DNA of 64,000 nt from Candidatus Parcubacteria bacterium (GTDB lineage Bacteria > Patescibacteriota > Minisyncoccia > Phycocordibacterales > UBA2100), in contig QZJK01000001.1 of the NCBI GenBank assembly GCA_003599295.1, positions 88 through 64,087 of the forward strand. The letters are read 5' to 3'. This document shows, one piece after another, positions 37,420-47,583 of this stretch (position 1 is its first letter; every line of letters starts with the position of its first letter). The position numbers were made by a program, and so were the translations under genes. The notes under the pieces are model-generated. The model was not told the DNA's origin. It did no database searches and was given only the letters and a program-made list of their open reading frames with translations.

Positions 37420-39486
37420 CTATATATCGAGCGTCGCTTCTTTCGCGTGCGACTGAATGAACGATTTTCTCGCGGGAACGTCGGTGCCCATGAGCATGTC
37501 AAATATGTTGTCAGCTTCCTGGGCATCTTCGATAGTGACCTGCTTTAAGATGCGGCGCGCCGGGTCCATGGTCGTTTCCCAGAGTTCTTCCGGATTCATT
37601 TCACCCAAACCCTTATAGCGCTGGACGGAAACCTTCGGCGCTTTTTTTGTTTTATCTTCCGCTTCTTCTGGTACCGCTTCTCCTTCTTCGGGTTCGGCCG
37701 CTTCTTCGGCGACCGGCGTCTCTTTCCCGGCGATTTTTACTTTCTCCTCCTCCGTGTATGCATATGCGACCTCTTTCCCTTTTCGTATCTTGTAGAGGGG
37801 CGGCTGGGCGATGTAGAGAAAACCGCCGTCTATAACGGGACGGAAATGCCGATAGAAAAGCGTAAGGAGGAGTGTCCTGATGTGCGCGCCATCCACGTCG
37901 GCATCGGTCGCGATGATGAGCTTGTGGTAGCGCAATTTTGAGATATCGAACACGTCGCCGATGGCCGTACCGAGCGCGACGATAAGATTCTTTATCTGCT
38001 CGGATGCGAGCATTTTATCGAGCCGCGCCCGTTCGATATTGAGTATTTTACCGCGGAGCGGCAACACCGCCTGCGTGCGCCTGTCGCGACCCATCTTGCC
38101 GCTTCCGCCAGCACTGTCACCCTCCACAATGAAGAGTTCCGCTTCTTCAGCCCGCCTGGTCTGGCAATCGGCTAGTTTTCCGGGAAGAGCGAGGCCTTCA
38201 AGAGCACCTTTCCGGAGAATGCTGTCTTTCGCAGCTTTCGCGGCTTTGCGCGCCTTCATTGCGAGCGCGACTTTGCCCATGATGGCGCGCGCATCATCCG
38301 GATTTTCTTCGAGGAACGCGGCGAACGCCTCGCTGAACACGGCTTCAACCGCTCCGCGTGCTTCGACACTGCCAAGTTTAGATTTCGTCTGCCCTTCGAA
38401 CTGGACTTCGCGCATCTTGACCGATATGACGGCCGTGATGCCTTCGAGAACATCGTCTCCCGTAAACGAGTCGCCTTCTTTGCCGCCTCCGTTCTTCGAC
38501 GCCGAGTTCAAGGTGCGCGTGAGCGCGGTTTTGAAGCCGGTGATATGCATGCCGCCTTCGGCGTTATAGATATTGTTCGCAAAGGCAGAGATGCGTGAAG
38601 AGATGTCGTCCACATACTGGAGCGATACTTCGACGGCAACGCCGTCTTGCTCTTTCTCGATGTAAAAAATATTCTTGTGCACCGGCTCCAAGTGTCGGTT
38701 CTGGAACGCGACGAGGCTCCGAAGCCCTCCTTCAAAGTAGAAACTCATCGAGGGCGCGTCAAGGCCAAGCTCGCGAAGATAGTACACGTCTTCGTCATCC
38801 ACTTTCCCGGCCTGTCGGAGGTCTAGAATGCTTATGCGCAAGCCCCGGACGAGGTACGCCTGCTGACGCATATGGCTGACGATGGTCTCCCATTTGAACT
38901 CGCGGTCCGGAAATATCTTCGAATCAGCCTCGAACGTGATGATAGTGCCGTGCATGTCGGAGTTCTCGATCTTTTTCACTTTTCCGACGGGCTTGCCGCC
39001 GTCTTTATATTCCTGAACATACTTTCCATCTTCACGGTGCACCTCCGCACGCACTGCAGTCGAAAGTGCGTTCACGACAGAAACGCCGACGCCGTGAAGT
39101 CCGCCCGATACCTTGTACCCTTCACCGCCAAATTTTCCTCCGGCATGTAATTTCGTCATGACGGTCTCAAGCGCGGAGACTTTCGTTTTCGGGTGAATGT
39201 CTACCGGGATGCCGCGGCCGTTGTCAGCGACGCGCACGCGATTCCCCGGCAGAAGCGCTACCTCGATATCGTTCGCGAAACCGCCCATGGCTTCGTCGCG
39301 CGAGTTGTCGAACACTTCCCACACGAGATGGTGAAGCCCGGCCGTGTCGGTCGTACCGATGTACATGCCGGGCCGGCGGCGCACGGCTTCGAGACCTTCA
39401 AGAACGGTGATGTCTTCCGCGCTGTACGATGAACCCCCCTTTTTGGGGGCCTCTGCGACCGCTTTTTTTGCCTGTTTTTTAGCCAT
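37420..39486 (-). CDS. gyrB: DNA gyrase subunit B (type IIA topoisomerase B subunit)
   Basis: LEAVRRRPGMYIG, DNGRGIP, LHAGGKF, SGGLHGVG, VEGDSAGG, PLRGKILN, DADVDGAHI, QRYKGLGEMNP. Confidence 0.95.
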   Translation of the reverse strand: MAKKQAKKAVAEAPKKGGSSYSAEDITVLEGLEAVRRRPGMYIGTTDTAGLHHLVWEVFDNSRDEAMGGFANDIEVALLPGNRVRVADNGRGIPVDIHPKTKVSALETVMTKLHAGGKFGGEGYKVSGGLHGVGVSVVNALSTAVRAEVHREDGKYVQEYKDGGKPVGKVKKIENSDMHGTIITFEADSKIFPDREFKWETIVSHMRQQAYLVRGLRISILDLRQAGKVDDEDVYYLRELGLDAPSMSFYFEGGLRSLVAFQNRHLEPVHKNIFYIEKEQDGVAVEVSLQYVDDISSRISAFANNIYNAEGGMHITGFKTALTRTLNSASKNGGGKEGDSFTGDDVLEGITAVISVKMREVQFEGQTKSKLGSVEARGAVEAVFSEAFAAFLEENPDDARAIMGKVALAMKARKAAKAAKDSILRKGALEGLALPGKLADCQTRRAEEAELFIVEGDSAGGSGKMGRDRRTQAVLPLRGKILNIERARLDKMLASEQIKNLIVALGTAIGDVFDISKLRYHKLIIATDADVDGAHIRTLLLTLFYRHFRPVIDGGFLYIAQPPLYKIRKGKEVAYAYTEEEKVKIAGKETPVAEEAAEPEEGEAVPEEAEDKTKKAPKVSVQRYKGLGEMNPEELWETTMDPARRILKQVTIEDAQEADNIFDMLMGTDVPARKSFIQSHAKEATLDI

Positions 39487-39780
39487 ATTTTGTCCCTTTA
39501 GTATAGCAAAAAATATACCGAAATGGAAGGGGTCTTACGCGAAATGGGGATTCCTATTTCCCAACCTCCAAGCGAGGGGTATTGCCTTTGCGGAACCTGT
39601 GCAGACGGCATATTGAGACGCAGTCTCAATTCCATTTCAACCTTCAAAGCGAAGGCCGATATTGCCCGAGAGAACATCGCGTGGGAGACGCTCTGTTCAA
39701 GGTAATGACCGCGTAGTGGTGATACAGAATACTGTTCCACGCGCGTACTGTTCGGACCGGGCAATATCGGCCCGAGCGCC

Positions 39781-41583
39781 CTACCTAATTTCGAAGCCTC
39801 TTGACTTCAATGCCCCGTACACGCTTTCCATGCGTTGATTAGCGTCTTCGTCGGTCAATGTGCGGTCGAACGATTGGAAGACGAGGCGGAATGCGAGTGA
39901 TACCTTGCCGCCTTTTTCGAATCTGTCGAAGAGGTCAATGCGCTGAAGAAGCTCTCCTGCCGCACCGCGTATTACGGTCTCCACTTCTGCGGGCTCCTGT
40001 CCCGCCGACACCCAAAGCGCGATGTCGCGCACGATGTACGGATATCGCGAGAATGACTGATAGCGTTCCGCGGCAGAAACTGGAAGAGATTCATACGAAA
40101 TCCCTTCGGGTAAGTTCTCTGCCATCTCGGAAAGCAGTTTCTCCGAGACGCCGCCTTTCTCGCTCGCAACACCGACGCATAGTTCTTCTTTTCCATTGCG
40201 CCAAACGGAGCCGATTTCGAAGAGGCGGACTTCGGGTATGCCGAGCAATTCTTTATTGCGAACGTTCCGTTCAAGCGCCTCGGACAGACCATCGGTCAGG
40301 TTTGCGCGGAGGTAGGGTCGTTCTCCGCCGACCTTGTTCAAGACCTCACGTTCGCCGCTCTCCCTGAACACCGATGTGTAAATTTCCGAATAGCCATCGG
40401 ACATCAGGTCTTCGCGTATCCGCTCGCTCCAGAAAAAGTTCTTGTTGATGGGCGGTTTTTTCGGGAACGGCGAGAGTGCAACGGATGGGATTTTGTCATA
40501 GCCAATGATGCGGCCTATCTCTTCGGCAATGTCTTCGGGAATGGATAAGTCGAGGCGCTCGAACGGGACCCGAATCGTGAATGTTCCTTGTGCCGCCTTG
40601 AACGGGAGGTCGAGGCGTGCAAGAACATCCGCCATGTCGCTTTCGGCAAGGCTCCGTCCGAGGACGTCGTTCACTTTCTGGGAGGAAACGGTAATTTCGG
40701 TGGACGGAAGCGGCGACGGGTACTCGTCCGCGAATCCTACGAGTTCTCCTCCGGCAAGTTCGATAATAAGATCCGCCGCGGCGCGGATGCCGTAGGCAGC
40801 CAGTTCCGGCGAAATGACCTGCTGGAAGCGCTCGGAAGCATCGGTCCGAAGTTTTTGCGCCTGCGCGGTACGGCGCACGGAGACGCCATCGAAATTCGCA
40901 GATTCGAGGATGATGTCATGTGTTGAGTTCTTTACTGCCGCGAAGATACCGCCCTTTACGCCGGCAATACCAACCACTTGTCCCGTTACACCATCGGCTA
41001 TCACAAGATCTTCGGCGTTCAATGCGAATTGTTTATTATCAAGACTTGTTATTGGTTCATCTTGAGATGCTCGCCTGACGATTATTTTCTTGGTATCTCC
41101 GCCTTGTGCTAGGTTAAGAGCATCAAAAGCGTGTAATGGTTGACCAAGATTGAACATTACATAATTTGTGGCATCTACAACATTATTGACAGGGCGTTGC
41201 CCAATAGATTCTAGAAATCGAATGATTCTTTGATCTTTTGTAGGACCAACATCTACACCCCGAATGTGCGCTGCTATATAGCGAGAACAAAGCGTGGGTT
41301 CTTTTATTGAGACTGATACGTTCTCCGAATGCGGTGTGAGTATTACTTTTTCTCGAAGCGGGTCGTTCTTCATCGAAAGCTTCAAGATGGCTGATAGCTC
41401 TTTCGCAATACCGCGATGACTCAAACAATCATGTCCGCGATTCGGAGTTACTTTCACGTCCAGAATGTCGTTCTCCACGCTCTCAATTTCGAATGCATGG
41501 AACGTCAGGGCGTCGGACAAGACATCGGCCTCCGGCAGTTCTTTCTCGAAGTACGTCTGAAGCCAGTCGCGGGATATCTTCAT
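39781..41583 (-). CDS. pheT: Phenylalanine--tRNA ligase beta subunit, shortened
   Basis: MKISRDWL, TPNRGHDCLSHRGIAKE, NNVVDATNYV..GQPLHAFD, ILESANF, RLDL...EEIGRIIGY, FDX-ACB C-terminus. Confidence 0.95.
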   Translation of the reverse strand: MKISRDWLQTYFEKELPEADVLSDALTFHAFEIESVENDILDVKVTPNRGHDCLSHRGIAKELSAILKLSMKNDPLREKVILTPHSENVSVSIKEPTLCSRYIAAHIRGVDVGPTKDQRIIRFLESIGQRPVNNVVDATNYVMFNLGQPLHAFDALNLAQGGDTKKIIVRRASQDEPITSLDNKQFALNAEDLVIADGVTGQVVGIAGVKGGIFAAVKNSTHDIILESANFDGVSVRRTAQAQKLRTDASERFQQVISPELAAYGIRAAADLIIELAGGELVGFADEYPSPLPSTEITVSSQKVNDVLGRSLAESDMADVLARLDLPFKAAQGTFTIRVPFERLDLSIPEDIAEEIGRIIGYDKIPSVALSPFPKKPPINKNFFWSERIREDLMSDGYSEIYTSVFRESGEREVLNKVGGERPYLRANLTDGLSEALERNVRNKELLGIPEVRLFEIGSVWRNGKEELCVGVASEKGGVSEKLLSEMAENLPEGISYESLPVSAAERYQSFSRYPYIVRDIALWVSAGQEPAEVETVIRGAAGELLQRIDLFDRFEKGGKVSLAFRLVFQSFDRTLTDEDANQRMESVYGALKSRGFEIR

Positions 41584-41586
41584 GAT

Positions 41587-42336
41587 TCAAAATTGGTTGA
41601 TGAAGCGCAGGTCGGCGGAGTGCATGAGGCGTATGTCGTCGATGCCCCAGCGGAGAATGGCGAGTCGATCGAGGCCCATACCGAAGGCGAATCCGCGGTA
41701 TTTCTCAGGATCAACGCCGGCGTTCTTGAGAACGTTCGGATGCACCATGCCCGCACCCATCATTTCTATCCATGTGCCGCGCAATTTTTCCGGTACGTTC
41801 TCGCCCGCGACGCGCATATCTACTTCGACTGACGGCTCGGTGAAAGGAAAGAAGCTCGGGCGGAATCGCACTTCGACGTCCGCGCCCCTGAACAGCTCTT
41901 TGAAAAAGCGTTCAAGCGTGCCCTTGAGGTGCGCGAGCGTTATATCCTCTCCAACGGCAAGTCCTTCTATCTGATAGAACTCCGCTTCATGCGTGATATC
42001 CGTCGCTTCGTTCCTGAACACTTTCCCGGGCACGATGATGCGGTACGGAGGTAAGATATTCTTTTTCATCTGCGTCTCCATATAGTGCACCTGTACGGGG
42101 CTGGTGTGCGTGCGCAAAACGTGTCCCGACTCGCCCTTTACGAAAAATGTATCCTGCATGTCGCGCGCCGGGTGATCTTTAGGGACGTTCAGCATGTCGA
42201 AGTTATATCGTTCGCTCTCAAGAAGCGGTCCTTCTTCAAAGGCGAAGCCCATTCTCTCGAAAATGCCGTTCGCCTCGCGGATAAGGCTCGAGATCGGATG
42301 CATGTGACCGCGTTCCATCGGGTCAGTATAGCCCAT
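41587..42336 (-). CDS. pheS: Phenylalanine--tRNA ligase alpha subunit, catalytic core only
   Basis: GHMHP, HPARDMQDTF, LRTHTSPVQ, FRPSFFPFTEPS, GAGMVHP, GFAFGMGLDRL. Confidence 0.97.
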   Translation of the reverse strand: MGYTDPMERGHMHPISSLIREANGIFERMGFAFEEGPLLESERYNFDMLNVPKDHPARDMQDTFFVKGESGHVLRTHTSPVQVHYMETQMKKNILPPYRIIVPGKVFRNEATDITHEAEFYQIEGLAVGEDITLAHLKGTLERFFKELFRGADVEVRFRPSFFPFTEPSVEVDMRVAGENVPEKLRGTWIEMMGAGMVHPNVLKNAGVDPEKYRGFAFGMGLDRLAILRWGIDDIRLMHSADLRFINQF

Positions 42337-42383
42337 ACCACAGTGGGAATTAAAGGCGATTTCTGCTATTATTCGTCGTTCAT

Positions 42384-43619
42384 ATGGCTGAAGCCGGAAC
42401 CTTCATAACGCTCGGACTTCTTTTCCTCGCATTTTATTTCGAGGTTTTTTTGCTTGTGTCATTCCTCGAACGACAATTCGGTCTTCGCACGGCAGCGCCG
42501 GCAAAGAAACCGGTTGTTTTTCCCAAGGTCGCCATCGTCGTCCCTTGTTTCAATGAGGAGAGAACGGTCGGCAAATCTCTGCTCTCGCTCCTCGCGCTTG
42601 CATATCCGAAAGAAAAACTGGAGATACTGGTCATTGATGACGGTTCGACCGACGATACCTACGAGACTGCTTTGCGATATACGAATGACCCGAGGGTCAG
42701 GGTGTTCAGAAAAGAGAACGGCGGCAAACACACCGCGCTCAATTTCGCCCTTGCGCGTACCGATGCGGAACTCATCGGCTGTCTCGACGCGGACTCAATG
42801 GTAGACCAGCACGCGCTCGAGAGAATAGCGTCCGGCTTCGAGAATCCGCGCGTTGCGGCAGTAACTCCGGGCATTCACGTCGATGCGCCGCGCACTCTGA
42901 TACAGCACCTTCAGTACGTAGAGTATCGGCTAAGCGTGTTCAACCGCTACGCGTTCGCGGGGCTCGGCTCGATATTCATTACGCCCGGGCCGTTCTCTAT
43001 TTTTCGGGCGTCAGCCATCCGAGATATCGGCGGTTGGCGGCACGGACACTCAACGGAAGACATGGAGCTGGGGCTTCGGCTTCAGAGCGCGGGGTGGACG
43101 ATAACGAACGACCCGCTTGCGACCGTCTATACAAAAACTCCGGAGAGTCTTCGCACGCTCATTCGTCAGCGAGTACGCTGGTCGTATGGATTCCTGAAGA
43201 ACGTATTCGACTATCGTCATATGATTGGAAATCCGAAGTACGGGAATTTGGGGCTTATCATCTTGCCCGCGGCGCTTGTCTCTTTTGGCGCGGGTCTTTA
43301 CTTTGCGGGACGCTTTTTCTTCTATCTCATACGATCTGCGGCCGACACGACATCTCATTATCTCGCGACCGGCATCGAGCCATGGCAATCGTTCGATCCG
43401 TTATTCGCTCTGAACACGAGTTTCCTCTGGATTACCGTATATGCGACGGTCGCGATGACGGTCGTCTTGATATCGCTTGGCACATACCTCTCGACCGGAA
43501 AGCGTTACCCTCCAGTCGCGACACCGCTCTTCCTCGCGCTCTATAGTTTTATTGTTCCCTTGTGGCTTGGCATCGCGCTTGTTCGTGCCGTCCTCAACAC
43601 GGGCGTTCGCTGGCGATAG
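42384..43619 (+). CDS. Processive GT2 glycosyltransferase (PgaC/IcaA/cellulose-synthase-like)
   Basis: VPCFNEE, DDGSTD, NGGK, LDAD, TED, QRVRW motifs; N- and C-terminal TM helices. Confidence 0.9.
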   Translation: MAEAGTFITLGLLFLAFYFEVFLLVSFLERQFGLRTAAPAKKPVVFPKVAIVVPCFNEERTVGKSLLSLLALAYPKEKLEILVIDDGSTDDTYETALRYTNDPRVRVFRKENGGKHTALNFALARTDAELIGCLDADSMVDQHALERIASGFENPRVAAVTPGIHVDAPRTLIQHLQYVEYRLSVFNRYAFAGLGSIFITPGPFSIFRASAIRDIGGWRHGHSTEDMELGLRLQSAGWTITNDPLATVYTKTPESLRTLIRQRVRWSYGFLKNVFDYRHMIGNPKYGNLGLIILPAALVSFGAGLYFAGRFFFYLIRSAADTTSHYLATGIEPWQSFDPLFALNTSFLWITVYATVAMTVVLISLGTYLSTGKRYPPVATPLFLALYSFIVPLWLGIALVRAVLNTGVRWR

Positions 43620-43622
43620 CAT

Positions 43623-44342
43623 ATGGACAACGAGACTCCGGGAGAAGCGCGGAAGGCCCGCTGGCTGACGTATGTAATAGCGTTCGGCATTACGACTATC
43701 ATCTTTGGGACTGCGTTGTATGTCTCGAATTATTTCAACGACGTGCGCGCGGCGGAAATACGGGCGGCGCAGGACAATATTTCGATAGACATACTTTCCA
43801 TCGAAACGCAGTTCGACCTGCTCGCGGAACAATCCTGCCGCGATATCTCCGAAAGCTCGGTGCTCTCGACGGAACTCCGCTCTATCGCGGAACGCCTTTC
43901 CTACCTTGAATCTCAGACGGGGGTGAATGTAGAAGAGCTCACCAGCCTGAAGCGGTATTACTCGCTCCTCCAGATAAAAGACCTGCTCCTCATGCAACGC
44001 GTCTCGGAAAAATGCCGTCTCAATCCCGTATTCATCCTGTACTTTTACTCGAATGAAGGCGATTGCGAAGCGTGCGAAGACCAGGGGGATATCCTGACCG
44101 AACTCTCGCGAAGCTACCCGCAGCTTCGCGTGTACTCGTTCGATTACAACTTATCGGTCTCTCCCCTTCGAACGCTCATCAACATCAACAACATCGAGAA
44201 AGACTTGCCTGCCCTCGTCATCAAGGAAGAAGTCTATTACGGATTCCGCAGCGTGGACGATATCAAACAAATACTTCCGGAACTGGCAACGCTCCAGATG
44301 GCAACGAGTACGCGTGCAGCGACGGGAACAAAGGCCAGATGA
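43623..44342 (+). CDS. Membrane-anchored protein with a C-terminal thioredoxin-like CxxC domain
   Basis: N-terminal TM; ILYFYS...CEAC; RVYSFDY; LPALVI; starts 3 nt after the GT2 gene. Confidence 0.75.
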   Translation: MDNETPGEARKARWLTYVIAFGITTIIFGTALYVSNYFNDVRAAEIRAAQDNISIDILSIETQFDLLAEQSCRDISESSVLSTELRSIAERLSYLESQTGVNVEELTSLKRYYSLLQIKDLLLMQRVSEKCRLNPVFILYFYSNEGDCEACEDQGDILTELSRSYPQLRVYSFDYNLSVSPLRTLININNIEKDLPALVIKEEVYYGFRSVDDIKQILPELATLQMATSTRAATGTKAR

Positions 44343-44395
44343 AAATTTCCTCGACCCCTCACAATCTGAGATTCTTCTCACTCACTTTGTTCGTG

Positions 44396-44467
44396 AGCCG
44401 CCTCCCAGATTTGAACTGGGGACCTTCTCTTTACAAAAGAGTTGCTCTACCACTGAGCTAAGGCGGC
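44396..44467 (-). tRNA. tRNA-Thr (UGU)
   Basis: GCCGCCT TA GCTC AGTGGTA GAGC A ACTCT TTTGTAA AGAGA AGGTC CCCAG TTCAAAT CTGGG AGGCGGC T; CCA not encoded. Confidence 0.95.
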
Positions 44468-44500
44468 GCTTCGACATTCTGCGCGAAGTACGGCCATTTT

Positions 44501-45109
44501 TCAAGGCTTCTCCTCTGACGCCTCAATAACGGGTTCACGCCCGATTTCCGCGGTACGTTTCTTTTTTCTTCCTTTAATGCCGAAACGAGACAGTCTTGTT
44601 CTGCGAGGTTTGGAAATAGCCGCGCTTTGCTCTACTAAAAGCTCCTGCGCGGGAGCCGGCAGCGCCGGTTCAACTACAGGGCTCACAGAAACCGGCGCGG
44701 GAACCTCCTCTCGAGGAAGTGCGCCGTTCCGATTCGTTATCGGGTAGTCCGTCACCTGTTTTAGGAACTCGGAGCGCGTCTCCTTGCGCTCGAAACGATG
44801 CTTATAGGAAACGAGGTCGGCGAGCGCATGAGAGCGTTCCCCTATCCAATGCGCAAGGTGTCCGAACCCTATCGCCAATACCCGAACGATGGCACTCGCA
44901 ATCGCGAGAAGAAGCGGAGGAAGTTTCTCGAGGTCGTGAGAACTGGCAAGAATCATAGCTTTTAATTTGACCGCTTTTTCATCCGCCCCGCGGCGAAACT
45001 CCGACAGCACCATCCGCTGATGCTCCTCCTCCCAGCGTTTGAGAGTAAAAAGCCCTATGATGCCGGCGCACGCGAGAAAGAAAGCTGTTCCCGCGAAAAT
45101 CATATGCAT
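44501..45109 (-). CDS. Hypothetical membrane protein
   Basis: N-terminal TM; start overlaps the tsf stop. Confidence 0.7.
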   Translation of the reverse strand: MHMIFAGTAFFLACAGIIGLFTLKRWEEEHQRMVLSEFRRGADEKAVKLKAMILASSHDLEKLPPLLLAIASAIVRVLAIGFGHLAHWIGERSHALADLVSYKHRFERKETRSEFLKQVTDYPITNRNGALPREEVPAPVSVSPVVEPALPAPAQELLVEQSAAISKPRRTRLSRFGIKGRKKKRTAEIGREPVIEASEEKP

Positions 45110-45690
45110 TACTTGACCGAGAGGCGCTCGAAGCGAGCGACCTCGACCCGCTCGCCGAATTTCTGCACCGCCGAATCAAGGAGTCCCTTGATGGTTATTG
45201 TCGGGTCTTTGACGAATGACTGTTCGAGAAGTACCCGCTCGCCGATGTACGTGTTCAACTTTCCTTCGATGACCTTTGCACGCATCTTTTCCGGAACTAC
45301 TGATGCCTCCTTCTCGAAAACCTCCTTTGCGGCTTTGACGTCGGCATCTTTCACATCCTCGCGGGTCCGGAATTGCGGGTTCATGGCCGCAACGTGCATG
45401 GCGATGTCATACGCGAGCGCTTTGAATTGCTCGCCTTTCGAAACGAAGTCTGTTTCGCACAGAAGAACAACTGCCGCCACGACGGAGCCGCCCGCGTGCG
45501 TGTATGCTGCGACTACTCCTGCGCCGAGCTCGCGGTCGCTTTTCTTGCTCGCTATCGCGGCGCTTTGCTTGCGGAGAATGACCTTCGCCTTCTCGATATC
45601 GCCGCCTGCTTCCTCAAGCGCTTTCTTGCATTGCATGACGGACACGCCGGTCTCGTCGCGCAGCTGCTTTAAGGTTTCGTTTACTGCCAT
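45109..45690 (-). CDS. tsf: Elongation factor Ts (short form)
   Basis: LKQLRDETGVSVMQCKKALEE, LCETDFV, DIAMHVAAMNP, LLEQSFVKDP; downstream of rpsB. Confidence 0.96.
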   Translation of the reverse strand: MAVNETLKQLRDETGVSVMQCKKALEEAGGDIEKAKVILRKQSAAIASKKSDRELGAGVVAAYTHAGGSVVAAVVLLCETDFVSKGEQFKALAYDIAMHVAAMNPQFRTREDVKDADVKAAKEVFEKEASVVPEKMRAKVIEGKLNTYIGERVLLEQSFVKDPTITIKGLLDSAVQKFGERVEVARFERLSVK

Positions 45691-45746
45691 AGTGTGAAAA
45701 TACAATAATACCCTGTTGGATCGGGACAGGCACGCGGTGTATGGGG

Positions 45747-46493
45747 TTAAGCCGCCGAACCGGCGTTCTTGACGTCTCCCTGCGAATTCCCTTTCGCGCG
45801 GTGCGCGTCAGCATGCCCGCGCACGCAGCTTTCAGAAATAGCGTCGCAAATGATCCGCACGCTTTTGACGGACGTATCATTCGCGGGGATCGGGAATTGT
45901 ATGAGCGAGAAGTCGCAATCCGAGCTCGCGAGTCCGATGACAGGAATGTGAAGCTGGTTCGCTTCGCGGACGGCCGTGTCTTCGTGCCGCGTGTCAACGA
46001 TGAACAAAGCTCCTGGCAATTCTGGCATGCCTGCGAGTCCGCCGAAACGAATCGTGAGTTCGTCTATCTCGCGGTCTATGAGAAGGCGTTCGCGCTTCGT
46101 GTATTTCTCAAGCTCTCCCGACTCGCGCTCCGCCATGAGTTTTTGCATGCGCTCCACGCGCTTTCGGATGTTCTTGAAATTGGTGAGCGTGCCGCCTATC
46201 CAGCGGCCGACCACGTAGGGCATGCCGGCAGAAAGAGCCGCGGACTTTACGATATCTCCGGCCTCCTCTTTCCCGCTTACGAAAAGCACCTGTTTCCCGC
46301 TTCCCGCGAGAGAAGCAAGGAACGCTGTAGCGGCTTCTATGCGCTTTCCTGTCTCTTCGAGGTCAAAAATGTCCGTGTGGTCTTTGGTGCCGAAGAGGTA
46401 GGATGAGGCGCTCGGGTGGCGACGCGCGCGAGAGTAGCCAAAATGCGCTCCGGCCTCGTATAGAGTCTGAACGTCAATTGCGGATTTTGTCAT
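45747..46493 (-). CDS. rpsB: 30S ribosomal protein S2
   Basis: EAGAHFG, RWIGGTLTNF, AVREA, PIPAND. Confidence 0.96.
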   Translation of the reverse strand: MTKSAIDVQTLYEAGAHFGYSRARRHPSASSYLFGTKDHTDIFDLEETGKRIEAATAFLASLAGSGKQVLFVSGKEEAGDIVKSAALSAGMPYVVGRWIGGTLTNFKNIRKRVERMQKLMAERESGELEKYTKRERLLIDREIDELTIRFGGLAGMPELPGALFIVDTRHEDTAVREANQLHIPVIGLASSDCDFSLIQFPIPANDTSVKSVRIICDAISESCVRGHADAHRAKGNSQGDVKNAGSAA

Positions 46494-46531
46494 GATGTAA
46501 AAGCCTTTTGGGCCGGTGAATACTACCAGAA

Positions 46532-47512
46532 TCAGCCCGCCGTCGCAACCGCCTCACCGGCTTCCGCAGCCTGAAGTTCTTTCAACATGGGGCCTATCCC
46601 CCCCGCAAGTATTTTGGGGATGTTCGACCAAGAACTTTTGATGCGGTGATCGGTCACGCGGTCCTGTGGAAAATTGTACGTGCGTATCTTCTCGGACCGG
46701 TCCCCTGTCCCTATCTGGCCGCTTCGCTCGGCCGAGCGAAGACGCGCCTCTTCTTCATCCTTCGCCTGCTGGAGCCGGCTCGCCAATAGCTTCATCGCCT
46801 TCTCGCGATTCTGCTGCTGGCTCCGCTCGGAGGTACATTTCACTTCAATGCCGGTCGGTTTGTGCACGAGCCTGACCGCAGTCTCCACTTTGTTCACGTT
46901 TTGCCCGCCTGCGCCGCCCGAGCGAGCGAATGACATTTCGATATCAGAGGGATTTATCTCCATCTTAGTGCGTTTATAAAGCGGAAGTATCGCGACCGAG
47001 GCAGTCGACGTATGGATGCGCCCCGCTTTCTCTGTCGCGGGCACGCGCTGGACGCGATGCACGCCGGTCTCGTACTGAAGTTCCTTGTAGCAATCCTGGC
47101 CTTTTATCTCGAACTGCGCTTCTTTGTAGCCGCCAAGCGGCGACCCGGATTCATCAAGCGGTTTCCACGACCAGCCGCGCGATTCGGCATAGCGGAGGTA
47201 CATCTTCGCAAGGTCCTCCGCAAAAAGCGATGCTTCTTCGCCGCCGACTCCCGCGCGCACTTCGAGTATGAGCTCGTTCGGCCATTCGCGCTCGCCGGGC
47301 GCGCCGACGATGGCCTCTATCTGCGCCATAAGGCGGTCTTTCTCCGCGCCGATGTCTTTGAGTTCCTTATCGGCGAGCTCGCGCATTCCGGGATCGACTT
47401 CTACAAGCTCCGTTGCGTCGCGCTCGGCTTGTGAAAGCCGCTTCCATTCGGAAACGAGGTATGCCACGCGGTGGTCGTTCGCGAATTCTTCCGGGTTAAT
47501 GTGCGTACTCAT
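46532..47512 (-). CDS. prfA: Peptide chain release factor 1
   Basis: [25 protein letters not shown] (PxT), [31 protein letters not shown]. Confidence 0.95.
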   Translation of the reverse strand: MSTHINPEEFANDHRVAYLVSEWKRLSQAERDATELVEVDPGMRELADKELKDIGAEKDRLMAQIEAIVGAPGEREWPNELILEVRAGVGGEEASLFAEDLAKMYLRYAESRGWSWKPLDESGSPLGGYKEAQFEIKGQDCYKELQYETGVHRVQRVPATEKAGRIHTSTASVAILPLYKRTKMEINPSDIEMSFARSGGAGGQNVNKVETAVRLVHKPTGIEVKCTSERSQQQNREKAMKLLASRLQQAKDEEEARLRSAERSGQIGTGDRSEKIRTYNFPQDRVTDHRIKSSWSNIPKILAGGIGPMLKELQAAEAGEAVATAG

Positions 47513-47541
47513 AGAAATAAGTGTACAGCGGTTGCATGAAA

Positions 47542-47572
47542 GCGCGACACCCCGAAGGGCGGGGTGTCGCGC
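47542..47572 (-). terminator. Hairpin between rpmE and prfA
   Basis: gcgcgacaccccg-aaggg-cggggtgtcgcgc. Confidence 0.55.
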
Positions 47573-47583
47573 CGAATATGTAG

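Noticed and set aside
39498-39764. Small ORFs between gyrB and pheT (88 aa minus; 60 aa plus with CLCGTC)
   Set aside because: They overlap each other and the gyrB promoter region and have no recognisable motif; I cannot decide which, if either, is real.
44396-44467. tRNA-Thr as the attachment site of an integrated island
   Set aside because: No duplicated tRNA 3' end or integrase is seen in the window.
46532-47512. Alternative genetic code (UGA recoding)
   Set aside because: Core genes translate full length with the standard code, and several end in TGA (e.g. rpoB).
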